A stretch of 64,000 nucleotides of DNA from the IMG/VR virus record IMGVR_UViG_3300024297_000002; one strand, 5' to 3'. This stretch comes from an uncultured virus (IMG/VR IMGVR_UViG_3300024297_000002). Its lineage: Duplodnaviria; Heunggongvirae; Uroviricota; Caudoviricetes. The position numbers were made by a program, and so were the translations under genes. This document shows positions 38,752-47,179 of this stretch, in pieces. Below the pieces are notes generated by a model. The model was not told the DNA's origin. It did not search any database and saw only the letters and a list, made by a program, of their open reading frames with translations. The number at the start of each line of letters is the position of its first letter. The stretch's first letter is position 1.

Positions 38752-39654
38752 ATGACACAACCAAGCAATAAGTTTGAATCATTGTTGGAATTGCTTATCA
38801 ACGAAGAAAACGATAAAGCAGAACAAATGTTTCACGAAATAGTTGTAGAGAAGTCTAGAGACATCTATGAGAACCTAGCATCTACAGAAACTAAAGAAGA
38901 GTCTGTTGAAGAGACTAAAGAAGAAGCAAAAGAAGAATCTAAAGAAGAAGTTAAAGAAACTGAAGCAACTGAAGAAAAAGTAGAAGAAACTTCAGAAGAA
39001 AAAGTTGAAGAAACTTCAGAAGAATCTAAAGACGAAACTGTTGAAGAAACTGCAGAAGAAAAAGCAGAAGAATCAGCAACAACTGAAGAAGAGTCAATTG
39101 AAGAAGTTGGTGGCGACGCTACTGATGATTTAATTAAAGACATCGCTTCAGATGAAGAAGGTGATGCAGAAGCATCAGCAGACGACATGGGTGCTGATAT
39201 GGATGCAGGCGCAGAAGATGGCGACACTGAAGAAAGAGTTGCGGATTTAGAAGATGCTTTAGAAGATCTTAAAGCAGAATTTGAAAAAATGATGGGCGAC
39301 AAAGACGGTGAAGATTCACCAGAAGAAACTGTTGCACCAGAATTAACTCCAGAAATAGGAATGGAAAGCAAAGAAGCAAAAGAAACAGTTAAAGAATACA
39401 AAGACACAAAAACTGCTGACAACGCCGACCATGCAGATGTTAAATCATCTCCTGTGGCTTCAAATGCAAAAGCACCGAATGGTACTTCAGCACACAAAAT
39501 TGGTGGTGCAGAAGAATCAGGAAGACCAGCACCAACATCTGCAAAGATGACTGATGCTAACACAGAGCCAAAAATGAAAGAAGTTAAAGCAGACCACAAA
39601 GATGGCGCTGATGCTTCTTCAAAAAAATCACCAGTAGTTGCCGCTAAAAAGTAA
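38752..39654 (+). CDS. Acidic prohead core / scaffold-like protein (probable start MTQPS at 38752)
   Basis: KFE.LLE..INEE..KA...FH.IVVEKSRDIYE; long Glu-rich tract; EERV.DLEDAL..LKAEF; AAGGAG SD before 38752; precedes the protease. Confidence 0.75.
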   Translation: MTQPSNKFESLLELLINEENDKAEQMFHEIVVEKSRDIYENLASTETKEESVEETKEEAKEESKEEVKETEATEEKVEETSEEKVEETSEESKDETVEETAEEKAEESATTEEESIEEVGGDATDDLIKDIASDEEGDAEASADDMGADMDAGAEDGDTEERVADLEDALEDLKAEFEKMMGDKDGEDSPEETVAPELTPEIGMESKEAKETVKEYKDTKTADNADHADVKSSPVASNAKAPNGTSAHKIGGAEESGRPAPTSAKMTDANTEPKMKEVKADHKDGADASSKKSPVVAAKK

Positions 39655-39680
39655 CAACTGGTTTTTAAAGGAGTCAACTG

Positions 39681-40310
39681 ATGTCTTTACATCTTAAAGA
39701 ACACTTAACGTACGATCAGGCTAGAATGTCTATTCTTCACGAAGGTGAAAATGGCAAAGACTTGTACATGAAAGGGATTTGCATCCAAGGTGGTATTAAA
39801 AATGCTAACCAAAGAATTTACCCAGTAAATGAAATTGGCAAAGCAGTTAAAACACTTAATGATCAAATCTCTTCAGGGTACAGTGTTCTAGGAGAAGTAG
39901 ATCATCCGGACGATTTAAAGATTAATTTGGACCGTGTGTCTCACATGATTACAGAAATGTGGATGGACGGACCAAATGGATACGGGAAGATGAAAATCTT
40001 GCCAACACCAATGGGTCAACTTGTCAAAACAATGTTAGAGAGCGGTGTGAAATTAGGCGTGAGTTCCAGAGGTAGCGGAAATATTTCCGAGTATGGAAAC
40101 GGCGAAGTTTCAGACTTTGAGATCATCACTGTTGATGTTGTGGCCCAACCTTCGGCACCAGGTGCTTATCCTACGCCAATTTACGAACACCTTATGAATA
40201 CAAAAGGTGGTAACATGGCAAAAGGACTGGCGGCAGAAGTGAGAAACGATAGCAGAGCACAAAAGTATCTTAAAGATGCTTTAACCAACATAATAAAGGA
40301 CCTAAAATAA
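39681..40310 (+). CDS. gp21: Prohead protease gp21
   Basis: GICIQG..KNAN.R.YP, LGE.DHP, RVSH.I, LGVSSRGSG, D.VAQPSAP.AY. Confidence 0.95.
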   Translation: MSLHLKEHLTYDQARMSILHEGENGKDLYMKGICIQGGIKNANQRIYPVNEIGKAVKTLNDQISSGYSVLGEVDHPDDLKINLDRVSHMITEMWMDGPNGYGKMKILPTPMGQLVKTMLESGVKLGVSSRGSGNISEYGNGEVSDFEIITVDVVAQPSAPGAYPTPIYEHLMNTKGGNMAKGLAAEVRNDSRAQKYLKDALTNIIKDLK

Positions 40311-41374
40311 TGATAGACGCAATATCTAAATTAGTCGAGTCCGGAGCAATTTCAGAAGATGTTCAAAAAGGCATCCAAGAGGCTTGGGATTTGAAAATTA
40401 AAGAAAACAGAGAAGGCGTTTCTGCAGAATTAAGAGAAGAATTTGCCAAAAGATACGAGCATGATAAAGCAAACATGATCGAAGCAATTGACAATATGAT
40501 GACTGATAAGTTATCAGAAGAAATTTCTAAATTCGTTGAAGACAGAAAAGCACTTGCTCAAGAGAAAATCGCTTATAAAGAAAACGTAGGCGCACACTCT
40601 GGAAAACTTCAGGAGTTTGTAATGACTAAACTTGCTGAAGAATTAAAAGAACTACACAGTGACCGAAAAGGTGTTCACGAAAACTTTAAGAAAATGGAAG
40701 AGTTTGTTGTTAATGCTCTTGCAAAAGAAATTAAAGAATTCCATGAAGACAAAAAAGGCGTTGTGGAAACTAAAGTCAAACTAGTTGCTGAAGCGAAAAA
40801 ACAAATGGCTAAGATGAAAGAAGCATTCATTTCTAAATCTGCTAAAATTGTTGAAGACACAGTTACTAGAAAATTGGGCGAAGAACTTGCTCAACTTAAA
40901 GAAGACATTACTAAGGCTAGAGAAACTAACTTTGGTAAAACTATTTTTGAGGCATTTGCATCTGAGTACCAGGCTTCTTATCTCAACGAGAAGTCAGAGA
41001 CTGCAAAACTAATGAAAGTTGTTGATGAAACAACACTGAAATTAGCAGACGCCGAGAAATCCATAGAAGAGAAAAAAGCGGTGATCGAATCCAAAGAGGC
41101 GGAAGCCAAAAGAACTGCGGATTTAATGGAACGTAAAGAAACTATGGCTGAGTTGCTTAGACCACTAGGCAAAGATAAAGGTGAAGTTATGAGTCAACTG
41201 TTAGAATCAGTTCAAACAGCAAAACTTGAAACGTCATTTAACAAGTATCTACCTCACGTGATGGCTGACAAAGCAGTTAAAGAAACTACAAAAGTACTTT
41301 CTGAAAGCGGCGGCGACAGAGCACAGAGGGATGATGCAGAAATAACAGACATCCGTAAATTAGCGGGTGTTTAA
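40310..41374 (+). CDS. gp22: Prohead core scaffold gp22
   Basis: Coiled-coil protein between gp21 and gp23; LREEFA.RYEHDK, FG..IFEAF..E, ends IRKLAG. Confidence 0.85.
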   Translation: MIDAISKLVESGAISEDVQKGIQEAWDLKIKENREGVSAELREEFAKRYEHDKANMIEAIDNMMTDKLSEEISKFVEDRKALAQEKIAYKENVGAHSGKLQEFVMTKLAEELKELHSDRKGVHENFKKMEEFVVNALAKEIKEFHEDKKGVVETKVKLVAEAKKQMAKMKEAFISKSAKIVEDTVTRKLGEELAQLKEDITKARETNFGKTIFEAFASEYQASYLNEKSETAKLMKVVDETTLKLADAEKSIEEKKAVIESKEAEAKRTADLMERKETMAELLRPLGKDKGEVMSQLLESVQTAKLETSFNKYLPHVMADKAVKETTKVLSESGGDRAQRDDAEITDIRKLAGV

Positions 41375-41400
41375 ACATAAACTAAAGGGGAAAGATACAA

Positions 41401-42570
41401 ATGTCAGAAATATTTGAATCTAAATGGAGCGAAACTAAAACCGCTCTTACTGAAGGTTTAGCGGGTAACAAGAAAAAGACTATGGACGTTGTGTTAGAAA
41501 ACACAAAAAGATATTTGTCAGAGTCTGCTACTGCTGGTGCTACAAGTGCCGGTAACGTTGCTACACTAAACAGAGTGATTCTTCCTGTAATCAGACGGGT
41601 TATGCCGACTGTAATCGCTAACGAAATCGTTGGTGTACAGCCGATGACTGGTCCGGTTGGACAGATTCACACACTAAGAATAAGATATGCAGATACATCT
41701 TCAGGTACAACATCGACTGTACCGGGTGAAGAAGCATTATCTCCATTCAAAATAGCAGAAGCATATTCTGGTGATAACTCTTCTACAAAAGCGGCATCTA
41801 CTGCGGCTTTAGAAGGATCAGCAGGAAAAAGATTGTCAATTCAAATCTTAAAGCAGGCAGTTGAAGCGAAAAGCAGAAAACTATCAGCAAGATGGACTTT
41901 TGAAGCGGCACAAGATGCTCAAGCACAACAAGGTATCGATGTAGAAGCAGAAATCATGGCGGCGTTAGCACAAGAGATTACTGCTGAGATTGACCAAGAA
42001 GTTATCCAGTCACTAAGATCTTTAGCGACTACTCAGGAAACTTATGATCAAGCGGCTGTATCAGGTACTGCAACTTTCGTTGGTGACGAACACGCGGCTT
42101 TGGCTGTGTTAATCAACAGAGTAGCAAACAACATCGCGGCAAGAACAAGAAGAGGCGCTGGAAACTACGCAGTAGTATCTCCAACTGCTTTAACTATTCT
42201 TCAATCAGCAACAACTTCAGCGTTCGCAAGATCAACTGAAGGTACTTTTGAAGCACCTACTAACACTAAATTCGTTGGTACGTTAAATGCTTCTATGAGA
42301 GTATACGTTGACGGTTACGCAACTGATGCCACTCCGGTATTAGTAGGATACAAAGGTTCAAGTGAAGCAGATGCTCCGGCATTCTACTGTCCTTACATAC
42401 CTTTAATGTCTTCAGGTGTTGTGTTAGATCCAGCAACTTTTGAACCAGTAGTAGGTTTCTTAACTAGATACGGTTACGTTGAGTTAACAAACACAGCGTC
42501 ATCACTAGGTAACGCGGCAGACTACGTTGGTGAAGTTGCAATCACAAACGGTAACTTGAAGTTTGCATAA
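41401..42570 (+). CDS. gp23: Major capsid protein gp23
   Basis: LPVIRRVMPTVIANEIVGVQPMTGPVGQI; AKSRKL.ARWT.EAAQD; EITAEID.E; FYCPYIPL; F.TRYG. Confidence 0.97.
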   Translation: MSEIFESKWSETKTALTEGLAGNKKKTMDVVLENTKRYLSESATAGATSAGNVATLNRVILPVIRRVMPTVIANEIVGVQPMTGPVGQIHTLRIRYADTSSGTTSTVPGEEALSPFKIAEAYSGDNSSTKAASTAALEGSAGKRLSIQILKQAVEAKSRKLSARWTFEAAQDAQAQQGIDVEAEIMAALAQEITAEIDQEVIQSLRSLATTQETYDQAAVSGTATFVGDEHAALAVLINRVANNIAARTRRGAGNYAVVSPTALTILQSATTSAFARSTEGTFEAPTNTKFVGTLNASMRVYVDGYATDATPVLVGYKGSSEADAPAFYCPYIPLMSSGVVLDPATFEPVVGFLTRYGYVELTNTASSLGNAADYVGEVAITNGNLKFA

Positions 42571-42598
42571 TCTATTTTGATTATTCAAAACTGAATTT

Positions 42599-42632
42599 AA
42601 AAGGGCGGACATTTTTTGTTCGCCCTTTTTTT
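42599..42632 (+). terminator. Intrinsic terminator after gp23
   Basis: AAAAGGGCGGACA-tttt-TTGTTCGCCCTTTTTTT. Confidence 0.85.
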
Positions 42633-42655
42633 GTTTAACAAGAGAGGAAAAAATT

Positions 42656-42772
42656 ATGAAAAAAATGCTTAAGAATAAATGGTTATGGGCAGGCGCAGTA
42701 GTAGTTGTAGCATTAGTGTTATGGCAAATGGGTATCTTTAGTCCAGCAGAAGTACCTGCAGACGCACAATAA
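42656..42772 (+). CDS. 38-aa single-pass membrane peptide (below the ORF-track cutoff)
   Basis: MKKMLKNKWLWAGAVVVVALVLWQMGIFSPAEVPADAQ; GAGAGGA SD; flanked by terminators. Confidence 0.7.
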   Translation: MKKMLKNKWLWAGAVVVVALVLWQMGIFSPAEVPADAQ

Positions 42773-42789
42773 TAAACAAATTTAAATCT

Positions 42790-42821
42790 TAAGGGCGATG
42801 CTTTTTTATCGCCCTTTTTTT
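42790..42821 (+). terminator. Intrinsic terminator
   Basis: AAGGGCGAT...ATCGCCCTTTTTTT. Confidence 0.85.
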
Positions 42822-42838
42822 ACGACTTAAATATCAAT

Positions 42839-43543
42839 ATGAAACATCTTTTTACTAACGGTTGTTCTTTTATGACTACAAGAAATACCCATGAATGTAG
42901 TATTCAAACACACGCCGGCATGGAAGTTGCAAAGCATTACAATCTTGAACACATTGGTATAGCAAAAGGTGGCAGAGGCATGGACAGAACTGCACTAACA
43001 ACTATAACATGGTGTGAAAAAAATAGAGCAATACTAGATGATACATTTGTATTAATAGAGTGGTCAACAGCATCTCGACTTGATTATCCGTCCAATGATA
43101 AAAACTTTAAGAAACTCGAAGGATTAGACACTTGTTGGCATTCATTAAAACTAAACGAAGAACCAACATTTGGATTCTTTTTTAAACAAAAAAATATGCA
43201 CTTCAATGAATACATAAGACTTAGATATTACCAAAATGTATTGCTGTTGCAAAATTATCTTAAAGTAAACAACATAAATTATCTAATGTATAACGGATTA
43301 GAAACTAGAAAAAATTACAGATCTTCTAATCCAGATTTCAAATTGTATGATGCAATCATAGATGACAAACATTTTTTTGATAAAACATTGTCTCATCATG
43401 ATTGGAATAATCCAAGTGAAACTTTTGCTAGACGTGAATATTTTGTTAGTGCAAATGATCACCATCCAACACAGAAAAGTCATGAAGAATGGGCACAATT
43501 ATTAGTTGCTCATATTGATAGAAATAACCTTTTAAAAAAATAA
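42839..43543 (+). CDS. SGNH hydrolase-like protein (putative esterase/acyltransferase)
   Basis: N-terminal NGCSF (block I), A.GG.G...., V.IEWS...R, C-terminal D.HP...SH..WA. Confidence 0.6.
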   Translation: MKHLFTNGCSFMTTRNTHECSIQTHAGMEVAKHYNLEHIGIAKGGRGMDRTALTTITWCEKNRAILDDTFVLIEWSTASRLDYPSNDKNFKKLEGLDTCWHSLKLNEEPTFGFFFKQKNMHFNEYIRLRYYQNVLLLQNYLKVNNINYLMYNGLETRKNYRSSNPDFKLYDAIIDDKHFFDKTLSHHDWNNPSETFARREYFVSANDHHPTQKSHEEWAQLLVAHIDRNNLLKK

Positions 43544-43706
43544 TATACTAACTTAATTGTATTTTTTTCACTGTCACTTGATCCACAGACAAAATATGAT
43601 GTTATTATATCCAAAAACTCGACTCTAAATATTTCACGTTTCGATTAATGAAACTTTTTGAGTAACAAAAGTTTTAGAAACTTTAACAAGAAAAAGGAGA
43701 TCCACA

Positions 43707-43940
43707 ATGGATATCATGAAACAAGTTAAAGGATGGGCGGCGGCACTCGCTGATGCAGGAATGAGTTTAATTGCATTGGGTATCGTTTTAGAAATTCTTT
43801 TCAACGGTCACGGTATTCCGTTCTGGCCACATATTTCTGTAATAGGAAATATCCAGGGCGTACTGCAAGGATTCTCAGACCAAGGTCTGTTAGGATTAGT
43901 TGCAGTTTGGATTTTATATCATATCTACAACAGAAAATAA
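43707..43940 (+). CDS. Small membrane protein with two hydrophobic segments
   Basis: AAGGAG SD; hydrophobic SLIALGIVLEILF and GLLGLVAVWILYHIY. Confidence 0.75.
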   Translation: MDIMKQVKGWAAALADAGMSLIALGIVLEILFNGHGIPFWPHISVIGNIQGVLQGFSDQGLLGLVAVWILYHIYNRK

Positions 43941-43965
43941 TATAAAAATCTAGAAGCGAAACCTT

Positions 43966-44007
43966 AAAGAGTGGTGTGACTGCTTAATCTTTTACACCAC
44001 TCTCTTT
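43966..44007 (+). terminator. Intrinsic terminator
   Basis: AGAGTGGTGTGA...TTACACCACTCT-CTTT. Confidence 0.65.
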
Positions 44008-44112
44008 AAATCAAAATTTTAATAAATACACACGTCTATAGAGAACTAACAATTATGTTAGACTTATGCGGAACCAACCGCGTAGACCTAAAACGTCAAG
44101 GAGGACAATAAA

Positions 44113-44535
44113 ATGGGAAGACCAATCAAAAAAAGTAAAATGTCTGGCGATGCAAATGCATTCGGTGGCAATCTTTCAGGAAAAATCGCAGTAACGGCTT
44201 ACAGACCATCAGGTGGTTCAAAAGTTGATTCAACTACGGCTTACATCGTTTCACAAAGAGGATCTCAAAAGTTTAAGATACACTTAGAAGATTCATCTGA
44301 AGCAGTGTACGAACTGAAAGCAGTTGCTCCAGGTTCATTAGCAAACACGTCAAACCAGTTCTGTGTACAACTTATATTAGATGACTCAACAGTTGCTTAT
44401 GTAAGTAAGTTTTTTAACAACACAGTACACTATGTTACGGCGGCAGGTGCAACAGGTTCTAAACCTTACACACTAAAAGCAGAAGGAACTGACATGGGTC
44501 AGGATTCTGGTAAAGCAAACATAGACGTTAGATAA
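44113..44535 (+). CDS. Putative virion (head-associated) structural protein
   Basis: MGRPIKK start, YIV.QRGS.KF; late promoter, strong AAGGAGG SD and its own terminator. Confidence 0.6.
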   Translation: MGRPIKKSKMSGDANAFGGNLSGKIAVTAYRPSGGSKVDSTTAYIVSQRGSQKFKIHLEDSSEAVYELKAVAPGSLANTSNQFCVQLILDDSTVAYVSKFFNNTVHYVTAAGATGSKPYTLKAEGTDMGQDSGKANIDVR

Positions 44536-44562
44536 TACTTAATCAAGTAAAAATCGTGCTTT

Positions 44563-44591
44563 TGGGGGAGTATAATGCTCCCCCATTCTTT
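44563..44591 (+). terminator. Intrinsic terminator-like hairpin
   Basis: TGGGGGAG-tataatg-CTCCCCCA-TTCTTT. Confidence 0.6.
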
Positions 44592-44607
44592 ACATAAATA
44601 ATAGCAA

Positions 44608-45450
44608 ATGGCAAAAACAGTAAGAAGTTCACAAGATTATACAATCAAAGCAGGTGCTGGCTCTAGTGGTTCTCATAGAATAACACTTGATGCTAGTGCT
44701 GTTAGAATACCTGGCAACTTATCAGTTGAAGGTACACAAACTACAATTAATTCAACTACACTAACTTTAGAAGATCAGTTCATGGAAGTTAACAGAAACA
44801 ATTCCACAGCAGGAACTGAAGACTCAGGAATATTTTTTAATCAAGGATCGAACAACGCACAAATATTTTTCTTTGATGCAGACCAAACAGAATTTGTATT
44901 AGGATCAACAACACATGGATCAACTATAAACACAATTTCAAACATCACCCCAGGGCAACTTAAAATAGCAACAACTCCAGCACAAGGTGATCATGCCGCA
45001 TCAAAAAGTTATGTGGACGCACAGGTATCAGGTGGTGGATTTAATATTGGATTCAGAGGAGATGACTCGGCGGTAGTAGCAGTTACCACTGGAAACTCGG
45101 TACATATTGCAGGAGCAACAAACTTGTCAACTGCGGCAACCGAACCAGACACAGTGACAATAAGTTTAAGCAGAGATTTAAATGGAATAGATTCTGTTAG
45201 TACTGACAGATCAAATCAGGATTTATTATTAACAGCAAATGGTACTGGATCTGTGGTAATTGATGACGTTTTATCGTTTTCAAACATGGCAACTGACCCA
45301 ACAGCAACAGCACAAACAAAAGTATACAACAAAACAGCCGGAGGCGGCGGAACAGGACTGTATTTTAGGAACAGTGCAATTGGTTCTGGTGCTGTAGGAG
45401 AACTGATAAGTAAAAGTAAAGCAACGGCATTAGCCATTGCATTAGGATAA
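44608..45450 (+). CDS. Fibre/appendage structural protein
   Basis: GNL.V.GT.TT.NSTTL.LED...VN motif; AASKSYVD; C-terminal EL.SK.KA.A.AIALG. Confidence 0.65.
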   Translation: MAKTVRSSQDYTIKAGAGSSGSHRITLDASAVRIPGNLSVEGTQTTINSTTLTLEDQFMEVNRNNSTAGTEDSGIFFNQGSNNAQIFFFDADQTEFVLGSTTHGSTINTISNITPGQLKIATTPAQGDHAASKSYVDAQVSGGGFNIGFRGDDSAVVAVTTGNSVHIAGATNLSTAATEPDTVTISLSRDLNGIDSVSTDRSNQDLLLTANGTGSVVIDDVLSFSNMATDPTATAQTKVYNKTAGGGGTGLYFRNSAIGSGAVGELISKSKATALAIALG

Positions 45451-45454
45451 AAGA

Positions 45455-45769
45455 ATGGCAATAACAAATTTTCAAGTAGCGGCAACAACTGGCTCAGCGG
45501 CCTTTACTGCATCTGCGGACACGGCAGTTACAGTAATCTACCTTACAAATAAAACTGATGGTGACGGAACTGTTGACATATATGTTACACCAAACGGTGC
45601 ATCAGTGAGTGCTAATCATCTAGTATATTCACAACTTACTATCAAGGCTAGAGACACTTATGTTATTGATACAGAAAAAATGATTTTAGAAACAGGTGCA
45701 AAAATTTATATTGCATCACCAGATTCAGCGGCACAGTTTAACGCAACAATATCAACTATAGGATTATAA
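45455..45769 (+). CDS. Small virion structural protein
   Basis: Beta-rich 104-aa ORF (I.ARDTY..DTEK.IL..G..I) cotranscribed with fibre genes. Confidence 0.6.
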   Translation: MAITNFQVAATTGSAAFTASADTAVTVIYLTNKTDGDGTVDIYVTPNGASVSANHLVYSQLTIKARDTYVIDTEKMILETGAKIYIASPDSAAQFNATISTIGL

Positions 45770-45773
45770 TCTC

Positions 45774-46196
45774 ATGGGTAGATATGTAAAAAACCCAGTG
45801 TTAGTAGCAGGAAGTTCAACAGGCGGAAGTAATGTTCTTCCAATTGGTACAACATCACAAAGACCTGCAACAGCATCAGCAGGAACAATGAGATATAACT
45901 CAACTCTTAATATGTTAGAATTCCATAACGGTACTGAATATGTTCAGTTAAGAGGTGCTGTTAATGGACAACACCTTGTTACAAAAGATCAATTCACACT
46001 CGACGGATCGACAGTTGCATACACATTAACATTAACTCCAAAACATGAAAGAAATATTTTAGTATTCCTAGAAGGAGTGTTTCAACCTGCAACAACGTCT
46101 TACACTGTGAGTTCAAATACGTTAACATTGGCATCAACTTCAATCGCAGATGCGACTAAAAAACTAACTGTACTACACGGTTTTGATTTTGCTTAA
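45774..46196 (+). CDS. Small fibre-adapter-like structural protein
   Basis: P.GTTSQRP...G.MRYN module plus one DGS...Y...ILVF.EGV.Q.....YTVS Ig-like module. Confidence 0.65.
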   Translation: MGRYVKNPVLVAGSSTGGSNVLPIGTTSQRPATASAGTMRYNSTLNMLEFHNGTEYVQLRGAVNGQHLVTKDQFTLDGSTVAYTLTLTPKHERNILVFLEGVFQPATTSYTVSSNTLTLASTSIADATKKLTVLHGFDFA

Positions 46197-46201
46197 TTAA
46201 A

Positions 46202-47122
46202 TTAAATTGGAGATACGTTTCCAATTTCGCACCAAGTTCCAGGTGCTCCAGATTTAACACACACCCACCCTAAAGATCTTCCAGGTTCAGGTTCTGAGTT
46301 CCAAACAATGTTTCCTTGTTCGTGATTGCCTGTGGTTGGCATATTTTTTGCATATGAATGAGTTTGTCCTTGATATCTTATTGCACCTGCAACTTCTAAA
46401 TCTTCTTTGGGTGCTTTTACTTTTATTCCAATTTTGTTATCATGAGAAACAAACAATGTTGGCTCACCGTTTGTACCTATAGAAAATTTATCTGAGGTAT
46501 CTGTACCAACAAATGGTGTATTTCCTATAACATCAAACACTATCTCTAATCCATCTTTTGCAATACCCAACACTCCTCCTGGATTGATAGAGTTAATACC
46601 TACCTTGCCTCCTTCAACAGTAAACGTATCAGATACATTCAAAGTTTTGAGAACACCAACTTCTGTTAGTTTAGATGTTTTTACTGAATTTCCTAGTTTG
46701 TCTTTCCATAATACTTCGTTTCCACCAATCCTAACAGAATTAGATAAATCTAAATCGGTTGCCGCGGCACCGTTGTAATATAATGTATCACAGTTGATTT
46801 GTCCTTTGATATGTACATCATTTTCGATAGTAATTTTGTCATCTGCAATAGTAATTTTATTATCAGTTGCACCGTCTTTTATACCTGTTGAAGCAAAAGT
46901 TGTTATGGTGCCACCATCAATTTTATCGCCCGATACTTCGTTATCAAACAAGTCGTTGTTTCTAGTTGAAAGTTTTTCTAGTGCTTCGGTCAGTTTTTTC
47001 TCAGTCCAATCTACACGAGTTTGAAGACTGTAATTATCGCTCGATAATCGGTCAAACCTGGCTTGAACTGCTTTATCTACTAGTTCTTTAACTAATTCGT
47101 TAATACTATTTTCTATGGACAT
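46202..47122 (-). CDS. Virion fibre-like protein
   Basis: SGDKIDGG.I..FASTGI.D; S.LT.VG.L..L.V; C-terminal P..G....G.IVWN..P.....GWVC...G.PGTW; own TATAAATA box. Confidence 0.6.
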   Translation of the reverse strand: MSIENSINELVKELVDKAVQARFDRLSSDNYSLQTRVDWTEKKLTEALEKLSTRNNDLFDNEVSGDKIDGGTITTFASTGIKDGATDNKITIADDKITIENDVHIKGQINCDTLYYNGAAATDLDLSNSVRIGGNEVLWKDKLGNSVKTSKLTEVGVLKTLNVSDTFTVEGGKVGINSINPGGVLGIAKDGLEIVFDVIGNTPFVGTDTSDKFSIGTNGEPTLFVSHDNKIGIKVKAPKEDLEVAGAIRYQGQTHSYAKNMPTTGNHEQGNIVWNSEPEPGRSLGWVCVKSGAPGTWCEIGNVSPI

Positions 47123-47179
47123 TAATGATATTTATAGTGTTGTTTTGAACGTCTAGAATAAAATAAATAATTGTTAGTT

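Noticed and set aside
38865..39677. 270-aa Ser-rich antisense ORF, and the many other short antisense ORFs in the track
   Set aside because: Shadow frames of real genes caused by codon bias (GAA/ACA/GCA-rich sense strand)
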